DNA of 43,912 nucleotides, taken from contig JBDRRP010000089.1 of the NCBI GenBank assembly GCA_043825735.1, forward strand, positions 1 through 43,912, read 5' to 3'. The stretch is from Pseudomonadota bacterium. Lineage in GTDB: Bacteria > Desulfobacterota > Desulfobacteria > Desulfobacterales > JBDRRP01. This document shows, piece after piece, positions 1-8,900 of this stretch (the first letter of the stretch is position 1; each line of letters begins with the position of its first letter). Both the position numbers and the translations under genes were made by a program. The notes below the pieces were generated by a model. It had not been told where the DNA came from, ran no database searches, and saw only the letters and a program-made list of their open reading frames with translations.

Positions 1-179
1 AGAGCGATATCGGCCAGGGCCACCTCGGCGACGTGAAACAGGCTGCTCATGAGGTATTCGTCCCCGAGCTTGACCTCGTAGACCTCGGCGCCGCCCAGTG
101 ACAGCACACGGCGGCGGAGAAGGATCAGCTCGCCGAGGCGCGTCTGCTGTTAATCGAGTTCGTCGATAGTGGGGGGCAT
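1..179 (-). pseudogene. Spermidine-synthase-like (SAM-dependent methyltransferase fold) protein, N-terminal part with in-frame stop; runs off window edge
   Basis: Manual translation from ATG 179 (SD GAGG): MPPTIDELD*QQTRLGELILLRRRVLSLGGAEVYEVKLGDEYLMSSLFHVAEVALADIA, with TAA at 150-152. Family call rests on recalled similarity of the YEVKLGDEYLMSSLF segment. Confidence 0.55.
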
Positions 180-197
180 GGTGTTTCCTCGCTGCGA

Positions 198-282
198 TGG
201 GATCTTTGGGAGCGTTGGGATCGTTGGGATCGTTGGGCTCGTTGGGATCGTTGGGATCGTTGGGATCGTTGGGATCGTTGGG
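198..282. repeat. 9-bp tandem repeat (TGGGATCGT), 9 units plus partial
   Basis: Directly visible; three units carry single substitutions. Confidence 0.95.
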
Positions 283-330
283 TCGGATCGGACTGATCGG
301 CCGCAGGCCGCCAATCCCTATCTGCGTTCA

Positions 331-360
331 CTTGTCCGCCGTAGCCTTGGCGAAGGCGGA
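331..360. repeat. 30-bp REP-like hairpin CTTGTCCGCCGTAGCCTTGGCGAAGGCGGA, copy 1
   Basis: Near-identical copies at 1470-1499 and 1536-1565, variant at 5520-5553; stem TCCGCC/GGCGGA. Confidence 0.9.
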
Positions 361-617
361 TCAGCGTCCCATTTGCTTTTGCCGTTGCCCTTCGGTCGCA
401 GGCCGCCCCCCCCTTTGCCCTTAATCTGTGAAAATCTGTGTCGCTTTTTAAGCCGTGTAGGCGCAATCTGTGGATAACCCTCTTCGCTTTTGCTTTTGAT
501 CTTTGGCCGAAGGCCGTCCATCTGCGTAATCCGTGTAATCTGCGGTCAATTCGCCGTTGCAGTTGTTTTTGCATTTGCCAACAGCTACGAGCTACGAACC
601 GGCACGGGAGGGCGCCA

Positions 618-1289
618 TCATCTCCACGCAAAGGCCGGCTGATCGAAGTGGGCCACCCGGGTGTGCCGGCCCAGGATCGCCACCTCCCGGAACTGATAGA
701 TGAGCGCTGCCGTGGGCGCGGCGATCCAGCTCGATGCTACCGGCATGAACAAAATGGGGGCGCCACCAGACGGGTTTTTTTCAAGAATGGGCGCATCGGT
801 GCGCATAAACTCGGCGATCGGGATGCGGTGGATGGAGGCCACTTCGGCCGGATCGGCCGTCAAATTAACACCCGCGCCGCCCCAGACCACCACTGGCGTG
901 ATGGTAAACCCCGAGCGGGTGGTAAAATCGTCCAGTCGCCCCATGATGCGCTCTTCGGAAAGCCGCAGCCCCACCTCTTCTTCAAGCTCCCTGAGCGCGG
1001 TCTCTTCGGGCGTTTCATCTTCCTCCACCCTGCCGCCCGGAAGCGCCCATTGGCCCGAGTGCGCTTTCAGTCCATGCGCCCGGCGAGTCAGAATCAGCAC
1101 CGCCTCGCCGTCATTGCCCGGTATCCCGAGCCCGTCCCCGCCCGGAACCGAATCCACCACGGTAATGGCCACCGCCGCCCGCGTGACCGCCGCGTCCGCG
1201 TGCTCCCGGACATCGAAAGCGGCAAGATTATCAGCCACCCGCCGTTTCAACGCGTTGTCGCACAGTATTCTTATCGTGCCTTCAATCAT
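618..1289 (-). CDS. Nudix hydrolase, CoA pyrophosphatase type
   Basis: Nudix box GGRVEEDETPEETALRELEEEVGL preceded by the CoAse motif LTRRAHGLKAHSGQWALPGG. Confidence 0.9.
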   Translation of the reverse strand: MIEGTIRILCDNALKRRVADNLAAFDVREHADAAVTRAAVAITVVDSVPGGDGLGIPGNDGEAVLILTRRAHGLKAHSGQWALPGGRVEEDETPEETALRELEEEVGLRLSEERIMGRLDDFTTRSGFTITPVVVWGGAGVNLTADPAEVASIHRIPIAEFMRTDAPILEKNPSGGAPILFMPVASSWIAAPTAALIYQFREVAILGRHTRVAHFDQPAFAWR

Positions 1290-1310
1290 GGGAGGAGAAT
1301 CTTTTTTCGT

Positions 1311-1346
1311 TTGGATCGTTGGGATCGTTGGGATCGTTGGGATCGG
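1311..1346. repeat. 9-bp tandem repeat (TGGGATCGT), 4 units
   Basis: Same unit as 198-282. Confidence 0.9.
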
Positions 1347-1469
1347 CAGTAGGCGATACTATCCTGTCAATTTCTTCGCATTGGGTTTTCGCTTTTCGGC
1401 CGCAGGCCGCCCATCTGTGTAATCTGCGTCATCTGTGGTTAATTCTTTTTGCAGTTGCCCTTCGGCCGG

Positions 1470-1565
1470 CTTGTCCGCCGTAGCCTTGGCGAAGGTGGAA
1501 GGCCGCCAACTCCTATCCGCGTTCATCTGCGTTCACTTGTCCGCCGTAGCCTTGGCGAAGGAGGA
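1470..1565. repeat. Two further copies of the 30-bp REP-like hairpin (1470-1499, 1536-1565)
   Basis: Each differs from 331-360 by one base. Confidence 0.9.
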
Positions 1566-2015
1566 TCAGGGCCGCCGGATCATCCGCTTTACCGAGTACT
1601 CCATCACCGCCAGCCCGTGCTGGTTGGTTACCCGCTGGAAGAAAGTCACGATGCCGCGCTCAGGGTTTTTGGTTTCGCGTTTTTCCACCACCTCGATATC
1701 CACCCCGATGGTGTCGCCCACGACTACCGGCCTGAGTACAGTCATCTCGGTGCCCAGAAAGGCCACCCCCGTGCCGTGGATGATCCCTGACAGGATCGTC
1801 AACCCTTCGGCCACGGTGAAAGTCATCGTGCCGGGGACCAGACGCCCCTCGTAGGTCGTGCTTTTGGCCAGATAGGTCTCGTCCATGAACAGCGGCTCGA
1901 AGAACCCGAAAGACGTGGTGAAGTTGACCAGATCGCTTTCAGTAATGGTTCTTTTGTCCGTATCGTATTTTTGCCCTGGCAGAAAATCGTCGAAATAGTG
2001 TCCTTTGACGGTCAT
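1566..2015 (-). CDS. MaoC-family (hot-dog fold) dehydratase
   Basis: YFDDF...RTITESDLVNF...EPLFMD...RPVVVGDTI pattern; ATG 2015 has SD GAGG. Confidence 0.85.
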   Translation of the reverse strand: MTVKGHYFDDFLPGQKYDTDKRTITESDLVNFTTSFGFFEPLFMDETYLAKSTTYEGRLVPGTMTFTVAEGLTILSGIIHGTGVAFLGTEMTVLRPVVVGDTIGVDIEVVEKRETKNPERGIVTFFQRVTNQHGLAVMEYSVKRMIRRP

Positions 2016-2060
2016 ACGTTTCCTCGCTGTTGTTGACCCTGTTCGCACCACTGAATGTGA

Positions 2061-2146
2061 ACCACGAAGAACACGAAGTTCACGAAGAAAAAATAGAAAA
2101 CAGGGAGATTATAACACCTTCGTGCCCTTCGTGCACTTCGTGGTGA
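2061..2146. repeat. Intergenic hairpin with 9-nt-period arms (CACGAAG x3 / CTTCGTG x3)
   Basis: Inverted arms visible; related arms at 28510-28537 and 28645-28672. Confidence 0.85.
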
Positions 2147-2179
2147 TTTAGCTTCTATCAGGAAAAGTTGTTTTTGACG

Positions 2180-3016
2180 TCACCCCTGGGTTTCGTAGAC
2201 ACCCGGATTCGGCTTTCCGCCGGGGCGCCGGTCCGGGTGATCGCGCTCCACGAACCGGCGCAGCCCTTCGGCGCTTTCGGGCTGCCAGATGGATCGGTTG
2301 AAGCATTCGGCTTCGATCCTGAGCCCTTCGTCCAAGGGCCGTCCGAACCCGCGAACGGCCGCTTCCTTGTCCGTGCGGATGGCCGGCTGGGGCAGGGTGC
2401 AGATAAACGCCCCCAGTTCCAGGGCCCGCTGAAGCGACGTGCCTTTGGGCACCACCTCGTTGGCCAGGCCGATGCGAAAGGCCTCGGCGGCGTCGATGAC
2501 CCGGCCCGTGATGATCAGCTCCATGGCGCGGCCGAACCCCACGATCCGCGGCAGCCGCTGAGTGCCGCCGTCGGCCAGGCCGATATTCCAGCGCCGGCAG
2601 GTGACGCCGAAGGTGGCGTGCTCCTCGACGATGCGGATATCGGCAAAGCACGCCCACTCCAGCCCGCCGGCATAGGCCAGACCGTTGACCGCGGCGATGA
2701 CGGGTTTGTAGATATCGGTCCAGCGTGTGGGACCGAGATATCCGGGCCGCTCACCGCGGCTGTGGGCCGCGATCTCCTCGGGGTCGGAAGATACGATGCC
2801 CTGAGGGTCCTTGAGATCGCCGCCGGCGCAAAAGGCGATGTCACCGGCGCCGGTGATGACAGCCACTTTGGCGGTGTCGTCATTTTTGAAGCGACCCCAT
2901 GCGTCGATCAGTTCCCGGTGTGTCTTCGCGCCCACGCAATTTCTCACCGCCGGGCGGTCGAAGGTGATGACCGTTATCTCGCCGTGCTTTTCGTATTGTA
3001 TTTCCGTGTAGTCCAT
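2180..3016 (-). CDS. Enoyl-CoA hydratase/isomerase (crotonase) family
   Basis: AFCAGGDL, KPVIAAVNGLAYAGGLE and DGGTQRLPRIVG motifs. Confidence 0.92.
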   Translation of the reverse strand: MDYTEIQYEKHGEITVITFDRPAVRNCVGAKTHRELIDAWGRFKNDDTAKVAVITGAGDIAFCAGGDLKDPQGIVSSDPEEIAAHSRGERPGYLGPTRWTDIYKPVIAAVNGLAYAGGLEWACFADIRIVEEHATFGVTCRRWNIGLADGGTQRLPRIVGFGRAMELIITGRVIDAAEAFRIGLANEVVPKGTSLQRALELGAFICTLPQPAIRTDKEAAVRGFGRPLDEGLRIEAECFNRSIWQPESAEGLRRFVERDHPDRRPGGKPNPGVYETQG

Positions 3017-3061
3017 ATGGGTTCCTGTCGGCAGGGGTAGGGAGTATGACCGGCATTGAAA

Positions 3062-3196
3062 TCGATGAGACCGTAAAAAGTAATTTTGAACCGCAGAGCG
3101 CGCAGAGGACCGCAGAGAATTTATATTTTAGAACGGGTTTCCTCTGCGTTCTCTGTGCCCTCTGTGGTGATTTCTGATTTTGTTTTAAGCAATCAA
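3062..3196. mobile_element. Degenerate MITE-like shell (GATG..CGTAAAAAGT end) carrying a CGCAGAG x3 / CTCTG x3 hairpin
   Basis: Left end TCGATGAGACCGTAAAAAGT resembles 30231 TTGATGAACCGGTAAAAAGT; right end decayed. Confidence 0.55.
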
Positions 3197-3447
3197 TCTG
3201 TCCACAACAACCCCAAGGTCAGATTGTCACCCAAGGGAATTTACCATGTACCATCTGGCTCACTTTGATTCAACGCATCAGACTGATTTTGACATTCCGA
3301 TTGAGTCGTGCTGCGTCATTTGAATGATGGCGCCCGGGTTTGACTTTGACTGCCGATTCTGTTCAAAGAATACAAGCTGTAAACCCTTCTACGAAATAGT
3401 CATAACACCAGTTTAGAACTGAATATAACCAGGGATCGGAGACTGCC

Positions 3448-4148
3448 ATGGTAAGGCGAAACCATGCGAGATGGTGTTTTTATCTGTTGGTGCTTTTTCT
3501 CATTCAGGTTCCCGCTACCAGCCCGGTTTGGTCCGCAGGAAAGCAGCCGGCAGCATTGCCCCGGGTCACCATCCTGGCAACGGGCGGCACCATTGCCGGA
3601 CAGGGCACCTCTGCGACCAGGACCACCGACTATACGGCCGGTGTGCTCGACATCGGCGCGCTGATCAAATCGGTTCCAGGCCTGGAACAGGCGGCCGACA
3701 TCCGCGGAGAGCAGGTGCCAACATCGACAGCTCCCACATCACCAACGAGATCCTGCTGAAACTGGCCCGGCGCGTCAACGAAGTGTTTGAAAAAGACCAG
3801 GCCGACGGGATCGTGATCACCCACGGTATGGACACCATGGAGGAGACCGCATATTTTCTGAACCTTGTCGTGAAAAGTGAAAAACCGGTGGTGCTGACCG
3901 GCGCCATGCGGCCGGCCACCGCGATCAGCGCCGACGGCCCGTTGAACCTGCTCAACGACGTCATCGTGGCGGGTGCGCCGGCATCCCGGGTGGGTAGCGG
4001 CATGGTGGCCCCCGGCAGTGACGATGCGCGCGACGGGATGCTCACCTCGGGCACCCTCAATCCGCAGAAGGCGCGGATCCTTCTCATGCTGGCACTGGCA
4101 CGGACAAGCGATCTGAATAAAATCGGGCGGATATTCGACGAGTACTGA
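3448..4148 (+). pseudogene. ansB: Type II (periplasmic) L-asparaginase, frameshifted and internally deleted
   Basis: Signal peptide and ATGGTIAG in one frame; [20 protein letters not shown] and [10 protein letters not shown] in another. Frameshift near 3717; PASR joined directly to VGSG near 3985. Confidence 0.9.
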
Positions 4149-4231
4149 TACGCTCGCGGCGTTTGATTTTCAGTTGAACCGGAAGGCCGCGCCGATAATG
4201 ATCATACGGAGCAACCAACGACGGGGAATTT

Positions 4232-4690
4232 ATGGAGCGAACGACAAGGCGTTTCGGCAAACTGCTATTTTTCAGTGGTATTTTCAATATCGTCATGGCC
4301 TCCCCGTTGATTTTCCCCGTCCTCTATGAACGATACTTTCACCTTTTGTGGCAGGTTAACCAGTTTTTTCATCTGGGCGGAAAACGCCTCATACCGCCCA
4401 CGGAAGCCATCAATGCCCTGCTGGTCAATACCGCCGGAATCGATCTGGTCCTGATCGGGGTGATTGTCTGCTACGCGGGTCTGGATCCAATGCGGCGAAC
4501 ATTCATTCCGTTCGCAAATGCAATCGGAAGAACCCTGTTTGCGGGAATCATCATCTACTATTGTCTGGTGTTTGATATCGCCCGGCTGGTACTGGTCATC
4601 GGTGGTATCGATGTGCTGATCAGCGCAGGGTTCGGCTACTATTTGATCAAGTTAAAACGACTTCAAGAAGATGGCGGTCAAAAAAGCTGA
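4232..4690 (+). CDS. Hypothetical membrane protein, about 4 TM helices
   Basis: 152-aa ORF with SD GGGGA and four hydrophobic segments. Confidence 0.75.
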   Translation: MERTTRRFGKLLFFSGIFNIVMASPLIFPVLYERYFHLLWQVNQFFHLGGKRLIPPTEAINALLVNTAGIDLVLIGVIVCYAGLDPMRRTFIPFANAIGRTLFAGIIIYYCLVFDIARLVLVIGGIDVLISAGFGYYLIKLKRLQEDGGQKS

Positions 4691-4714
4691 ATCAGATTTG
4701 GATTCGATCACAAG

Positions 4715-4752
4715 TTGACAAGCTTAGTCAAGTTGACTAATCATGGTATCAT
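4715..4752 (+). promoter_or_regulatory. Probable toxin-antitoxin promoter/operator
   Basis: Palindrome TTAGTCAA-G-TTGACTAA (4724-4740), TTGACA at 4715-4720, extended -10-like TGGTATCAT at 4744-4752. Confidence 0.65.
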
Positions 4753-4774
4753 CCAACTCTGACTGGAGGCCAAT

Positions 4775-5005
4775 ATGAAAACCGTCAATGTGCACGAGGC
4801 CAAAACAACCCTTTCCGCGCTTCTGGCCGAAGTGGAGAAGACCGGGGAGCGGATTTTCATCTGCCGCAACGGGAAACCCGTGGCGGATCTGGTGCCCCAC
4901 GAGCGCGTTGACCGCCTGGCCCCGCACCCGGTCATGAGCGCCGTTAAAATCAATTACGATCCCACCGAGCCGTTGACATCCGACGAGTGGCCGGAGACAA
5001 ACTGA
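4775..5005 (+). CDS. Phd/YefM-family antitoxin
   Basis: MKTVNVHEAKTTLSALL...ICRNGKPVADLVP; SD GGAGG. Confidence 0.92.
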   Translation: MKTVNVHEAKTTLSALLAEVEKTGERIFICRNGKPVADLVPHERVDRLAPHPVMSAVKINYDPTEPLTSDEWPETN

Positions 5006-5382
5006 TGCTGCTGGATACCTGCGCGCTGCTCTGGTTGGCACAGGGGGGCGGCCAATTGTCACAGGAAGCCCTCAAGGCGTTGGCCGAAGCCCCGTTTGTC
5101 TATGTCTCGGCGATCAGTGGTTTTGAAGTCGGCATTAAATACCGGAATGGAAAGCTCGAACTGCCGGTCCTGCCTGCCGACTGGTTCAATGTCATCATCA
5201 AGCACCACGATCTTCAAGTCCTGCCGCTGGATCTTGATATCTGCATCCGTTCAACCCAACTGCCTCCGTTGCACAGAGACCCCTGCGATAGGATGATCAT
5301 CGCCACCGCCCAGATCCGCCAACTCACCATCGTTACGGCGGACCCGGTATTCCAGAGCTATGACGTCGGCACGCTGAGTTGA
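5005..5382 (+). CDS. vapC: VapC-family PIN-domain toxin
   Basis: MLLDTCALLW...SAISGFE...HRDPCDRMIIATA...TAD; TGATG overlap with the antitoxin. Confidence 0.92.
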   Translation: MLLDTCALLWLAQGGGQLSQEALKALAEAPFVYVSAISGFEVGIKYRNGKLELPVLPADWFNVIIKHHDLQVLPLDLDICIRSTQLPPLHRDPCDRMIIATAQIRQLTIVTADPVFQSYDVGTLS

Positions 5383-5476
5383 ACCAGAACCGCGGGCGAC
5401 ATATTATCCGTTGCGTTTGTTCACCAGACTGCGAAGCACTGCCGCCCGTGACCCGCGCGCCGGCAGTGAACCACTA

Positions 5477-5651
5477 TTGATGGCGCCGCAAAAAGTCCCA
5501 GAGCCCGTCATCCCGGCGACCTTTCCGACGTAGCAATTAATAGCGAAGGCGGAAGGCCGGGGTCCAGAAGTGTTTGAACTCACTGGATCCCGGATCTCGT
5601 TTCACTCGTCCGAGATGACGAAAAAGGGAAAAAATCCGACTTTTTACGAAA
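5477..5651. mobile_element. MITE-like shell (TTGATG..GCAAAAAGTC / GACTTTTTACG) with GTCATCCCGGCGAAGGCCGGGG cargo
   Basis: Homologous to 11885-12031; carries an extra 34-bp hairpin insert at 5520-5553. Confidence 0.75.
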
Positions 5652-5941
5652 CCGCTTATCCAGGAAGTTCAAGCGACAGCCGGGAGCCATTGGAATCGGG
5701 AAAAATCACATCACTGCGGCGTTCACGGAGCACACGGATGTTTTTTAACCCAAAAAGATGTTCTCGCGCAGAGGCGCGGAGACGCTGCGAACTGCGTAAA
5801 ATGGGATTGCGCGAGTGTTTTTCCCTGCGCCTCTGCGCCTCTGCGCGAGATATGAATCAAAAAATCTCCGTGCTCTTTTCATGACTTCGTGGTTCAACAT
5901 CACATTGGGCAGAGACCCACTGGCGCATTCTGTATACCCGT
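5652..5941. mobile_element. About 290-bp MITE-like element with CCGCTT-type ends, copy A
   Basis: Alignable over its full length to 28828-29107; imperfect terminal inverted repeats. Confidence 0.8.
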
Positions 5942-5976
5942 ATTTTGGAATTTTTCTACGATCGTGAGGTCGCTAT

Positions 5977-8900
5977 ATGAAAGTGTTTGGAAAAATGGCA
6001 GCGGTGTTTCTGGTGACATCGATACTGGCGGCGACACCGGCCCAGGCCATCGATGCCACATCCCGGCCAGCCGCTGAAACCCTGAATCTGCTGCGTATCA
6101 CACCGGACGGCACCGATGTGCCGCCCGGTCGCCAGGTGGTGTTTACCTTTGACCGGCCGGTGGTGCCGGTGGGCCGCATGGATCGCAGCGCCGAAGAAAT
6201 TCCCATCACCATCACGCCGGCCCTGAACTGCCAGTGGCGCTGGCTCAACACCAGCGCGCTCGCCTGTGAGCTGGATGACAAAGACGGGCTCCGGCCGGCC
6301 ACCGAATACCGCGTGGCCGTTGCCGCCGGACTGGCCGCCGATGACGGTGCCGTGATGACAAAGACCGTAGCTCATCGCTTCATCACTCAGCGGCCAAAGG
6401 TCACCCGGACCCGGTTCAAGGAATGGCGGGCGCCGGGCTGGCCGCGGATTCAGGTGACCTTCGACCAGCCGGTGAGCCGCGATTCGGTGCGCTCCCGCAT
6501 GGCCTTCAAAATGGCGAAAACCGGCGGCTCGGCGGCGCTGACCGCCGAGCCCGACAAGGACGACCGTGAAACGCCGCTGTTTTTTCCCCTGCCGGGAGAA
6601 AAACTGGCGTTGACCGGGGCTGCGTCTTCCCCGCAGCGGGTGGATGATCAGAAGGCGAAGGTCAATGGCGACGAAGCCCGGCGAATCTGGGTGCTCGCCC
6701 CGGCGTCGGAGCTGCCGCTGGACAGCAGCATCTCTCTGTCCGTGACCCCCGGTCTGGTTTCCGCCCTGGGACCGATGACCGGCGTTGAACGCCGCACCGT
6801 GGTTGAGTTCAACACCTATCCCGAATTCCGGTTTCTGGGCGTGCGCTGCCAGGATGCCCGCACCCATCAGACGACGCTCATCACCCCTGAGTTTTCGTCC
6901 GCAGAACCGTTTACTTCACAAGACATGGCGCGGTGCGCGCCGCTCGACAGTGTGGCCCTGGTGTTCTCCGCGCCGGTCATCAACGAGGCAGTGAAGTCGC
7001 ACGTCACCATCACGCCGGACCTTGCCGGCGGCCGCACCGACTACGATCCCTGGGAAAACCGATACAGCTACAGCCACCTGAGCGCTCCGCACCGCGACGA
7101 TGCCACCTATACGGTGTGGCTGCCCGAACGGCTGAAGGCCTATCAGCGCTACACGCTTCAAAGCGATGCCGCCCTTTTCCAGGACGAATTCGGGCGGGTT
7201 CTGAAAGCGCCGGTGGATATGGCCTTCATGACGGCTCACCGGGACCCTGCGCTGGTATTGGACCACAACAAGGCCGTGCTCGAAAAACAGATCGACAGTG
7301 ACGTGCCGGTGTACGTCACCAACCTTGAAAAGCTGACGGTGCCGCATCGGGTCTTGACGGCCAAAGGCCTCTCCGGCGATGCCCAGTCCACCAGGAATCT
7401 GCCCGATATCGAGGATGTGGCCTTCGCCGTGCCGCTGGGGATCCGCGAGATGACGGGCGGCGCTTCCGGCGTCGTCACCGGCCATCTCGACAGCGATCCG
7501 CGGCCGCCGGGCTACCGCCCCGGAGATTACCGGTTTTTCGCCGAAATCACGCCGTTTCAGGTGAATGTCAAGCTGGGCCACTTCAACTCTCTGGTCTGGG
7601 TGACCGATCTGGCCACGGGCGCTCCCGTGGCCGGCGCCGGGGTATCCGTTTTCCTTGACGACTACACGCCGGATCCGACCCCGTCGGCGCTGGCCGGCTG
7701 CCGGACCGATGACAGCGGCGTGTGCACCCTGCCGGGGATCGAAACCCTCGATCCGAAGCTGAGTTACCTGCGCTATGCCTACGACGACGACGCGCCGCGC
7801 CTGGTGGTCCGCGTCGACAAGGATCAGGACCTGGCCCTGGTTTATCTGGACTACCATTTCATCACCTGGGTCGGTGGCGTGGACGCCGAAACGCGCGTGA
7901 AAAACGGCCACATGCGTGCCTGGGGCACCACGGCCCAGGGCGTTTACAAGGTCGGCGACACGATCCAGTACAAGCTTTACGTGCGCAACCACGATAACCG
8001 CCGGTGGGTGGCGCCGGCGCCTTCGGGCTATACCCTGAGCATCATCGGTCCCAAGGGCCAGACCGTCCAGAAGGTTGAAGACCTTACGCTGTCGTCTTTC
8101 GGCGCCTGGGCCGGAGAATTCGCCCTGCCAGCGCAGGCTGCCGTCGGGTGGTATCAGTTCCAGCTCGAATACGCCGGGCTGCCCGACGCGCTGCCGGTCA
8201 TGCGGGTGCTGGTGAGCGATTTTACGCCGTCGCCCTTTCGAGTGACCACTGAACTGAGCGGCGATCGCTTTGAACTGGGGGACGTGATCGATATCACCTC
8301 TCTGGCCAGGATGCATGCCGGCGGGCCCTTTGCCAATGCCGACACGCGGGTTACCGTGCGTCTGGTACAGCGGGTGTTTCAACCCAAAACCGCTCCGGCC
8401 AAAGACTTTCGCTTCGATTCCGGAGAATACCGCAACCGCCCCACGTGGGATCTTCACGAGAGCAGCGCCGAAGGCAATGACGCCGGGGAGGTGACGACGC
8501 AGGTGACGCTGGCCGATAAGGCCATCGTCTACGGCCGGCTGACGGTGGAAAGCGCCGTTCGCGATGACCGCGGCAAATATGTGGCGGCTGCCGCCGGTGC
8601 CGACTATATCGGACGCGACCGGTTTGTGGGACTGCGCGGCACCCGCTGGGCCTATGACGAAGATGCGCCCGCCGACATCGAATACCTGGCGGTGGATGTG
8701 GACGGCAATCCGGTGGCCGGTCTTCCCGTGACGATCCGGGTGGAAAGACGCGAGACCAAGGCCTCGCGCGTTAAGGGCGCCGGCAATGCGTACCTCACCA
8801 ACTACGTTACCTCGTGGGTGGCGGCAGAAAATTGGAAAGGCGTGTCGGCCGGTCAGCCGGCCACTTACACTTTCACTCCGGCGCACGCCGGCGAATACCG

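Noticed and set aside
198..282. CRISPR array or a real GSL/SQR-repeat protein
   Set aside because: Contiguous 9-mers with no spacers; the overlapping ORFs (125-631, 169-477, 197-424) are translations of the repeat.
3528..3552. SRP-RNA-like GGTCCGCAGGAAAGCAGCC
   Set aside because: Lies inside the asparaginase coding sequence without a surrounding long helix.
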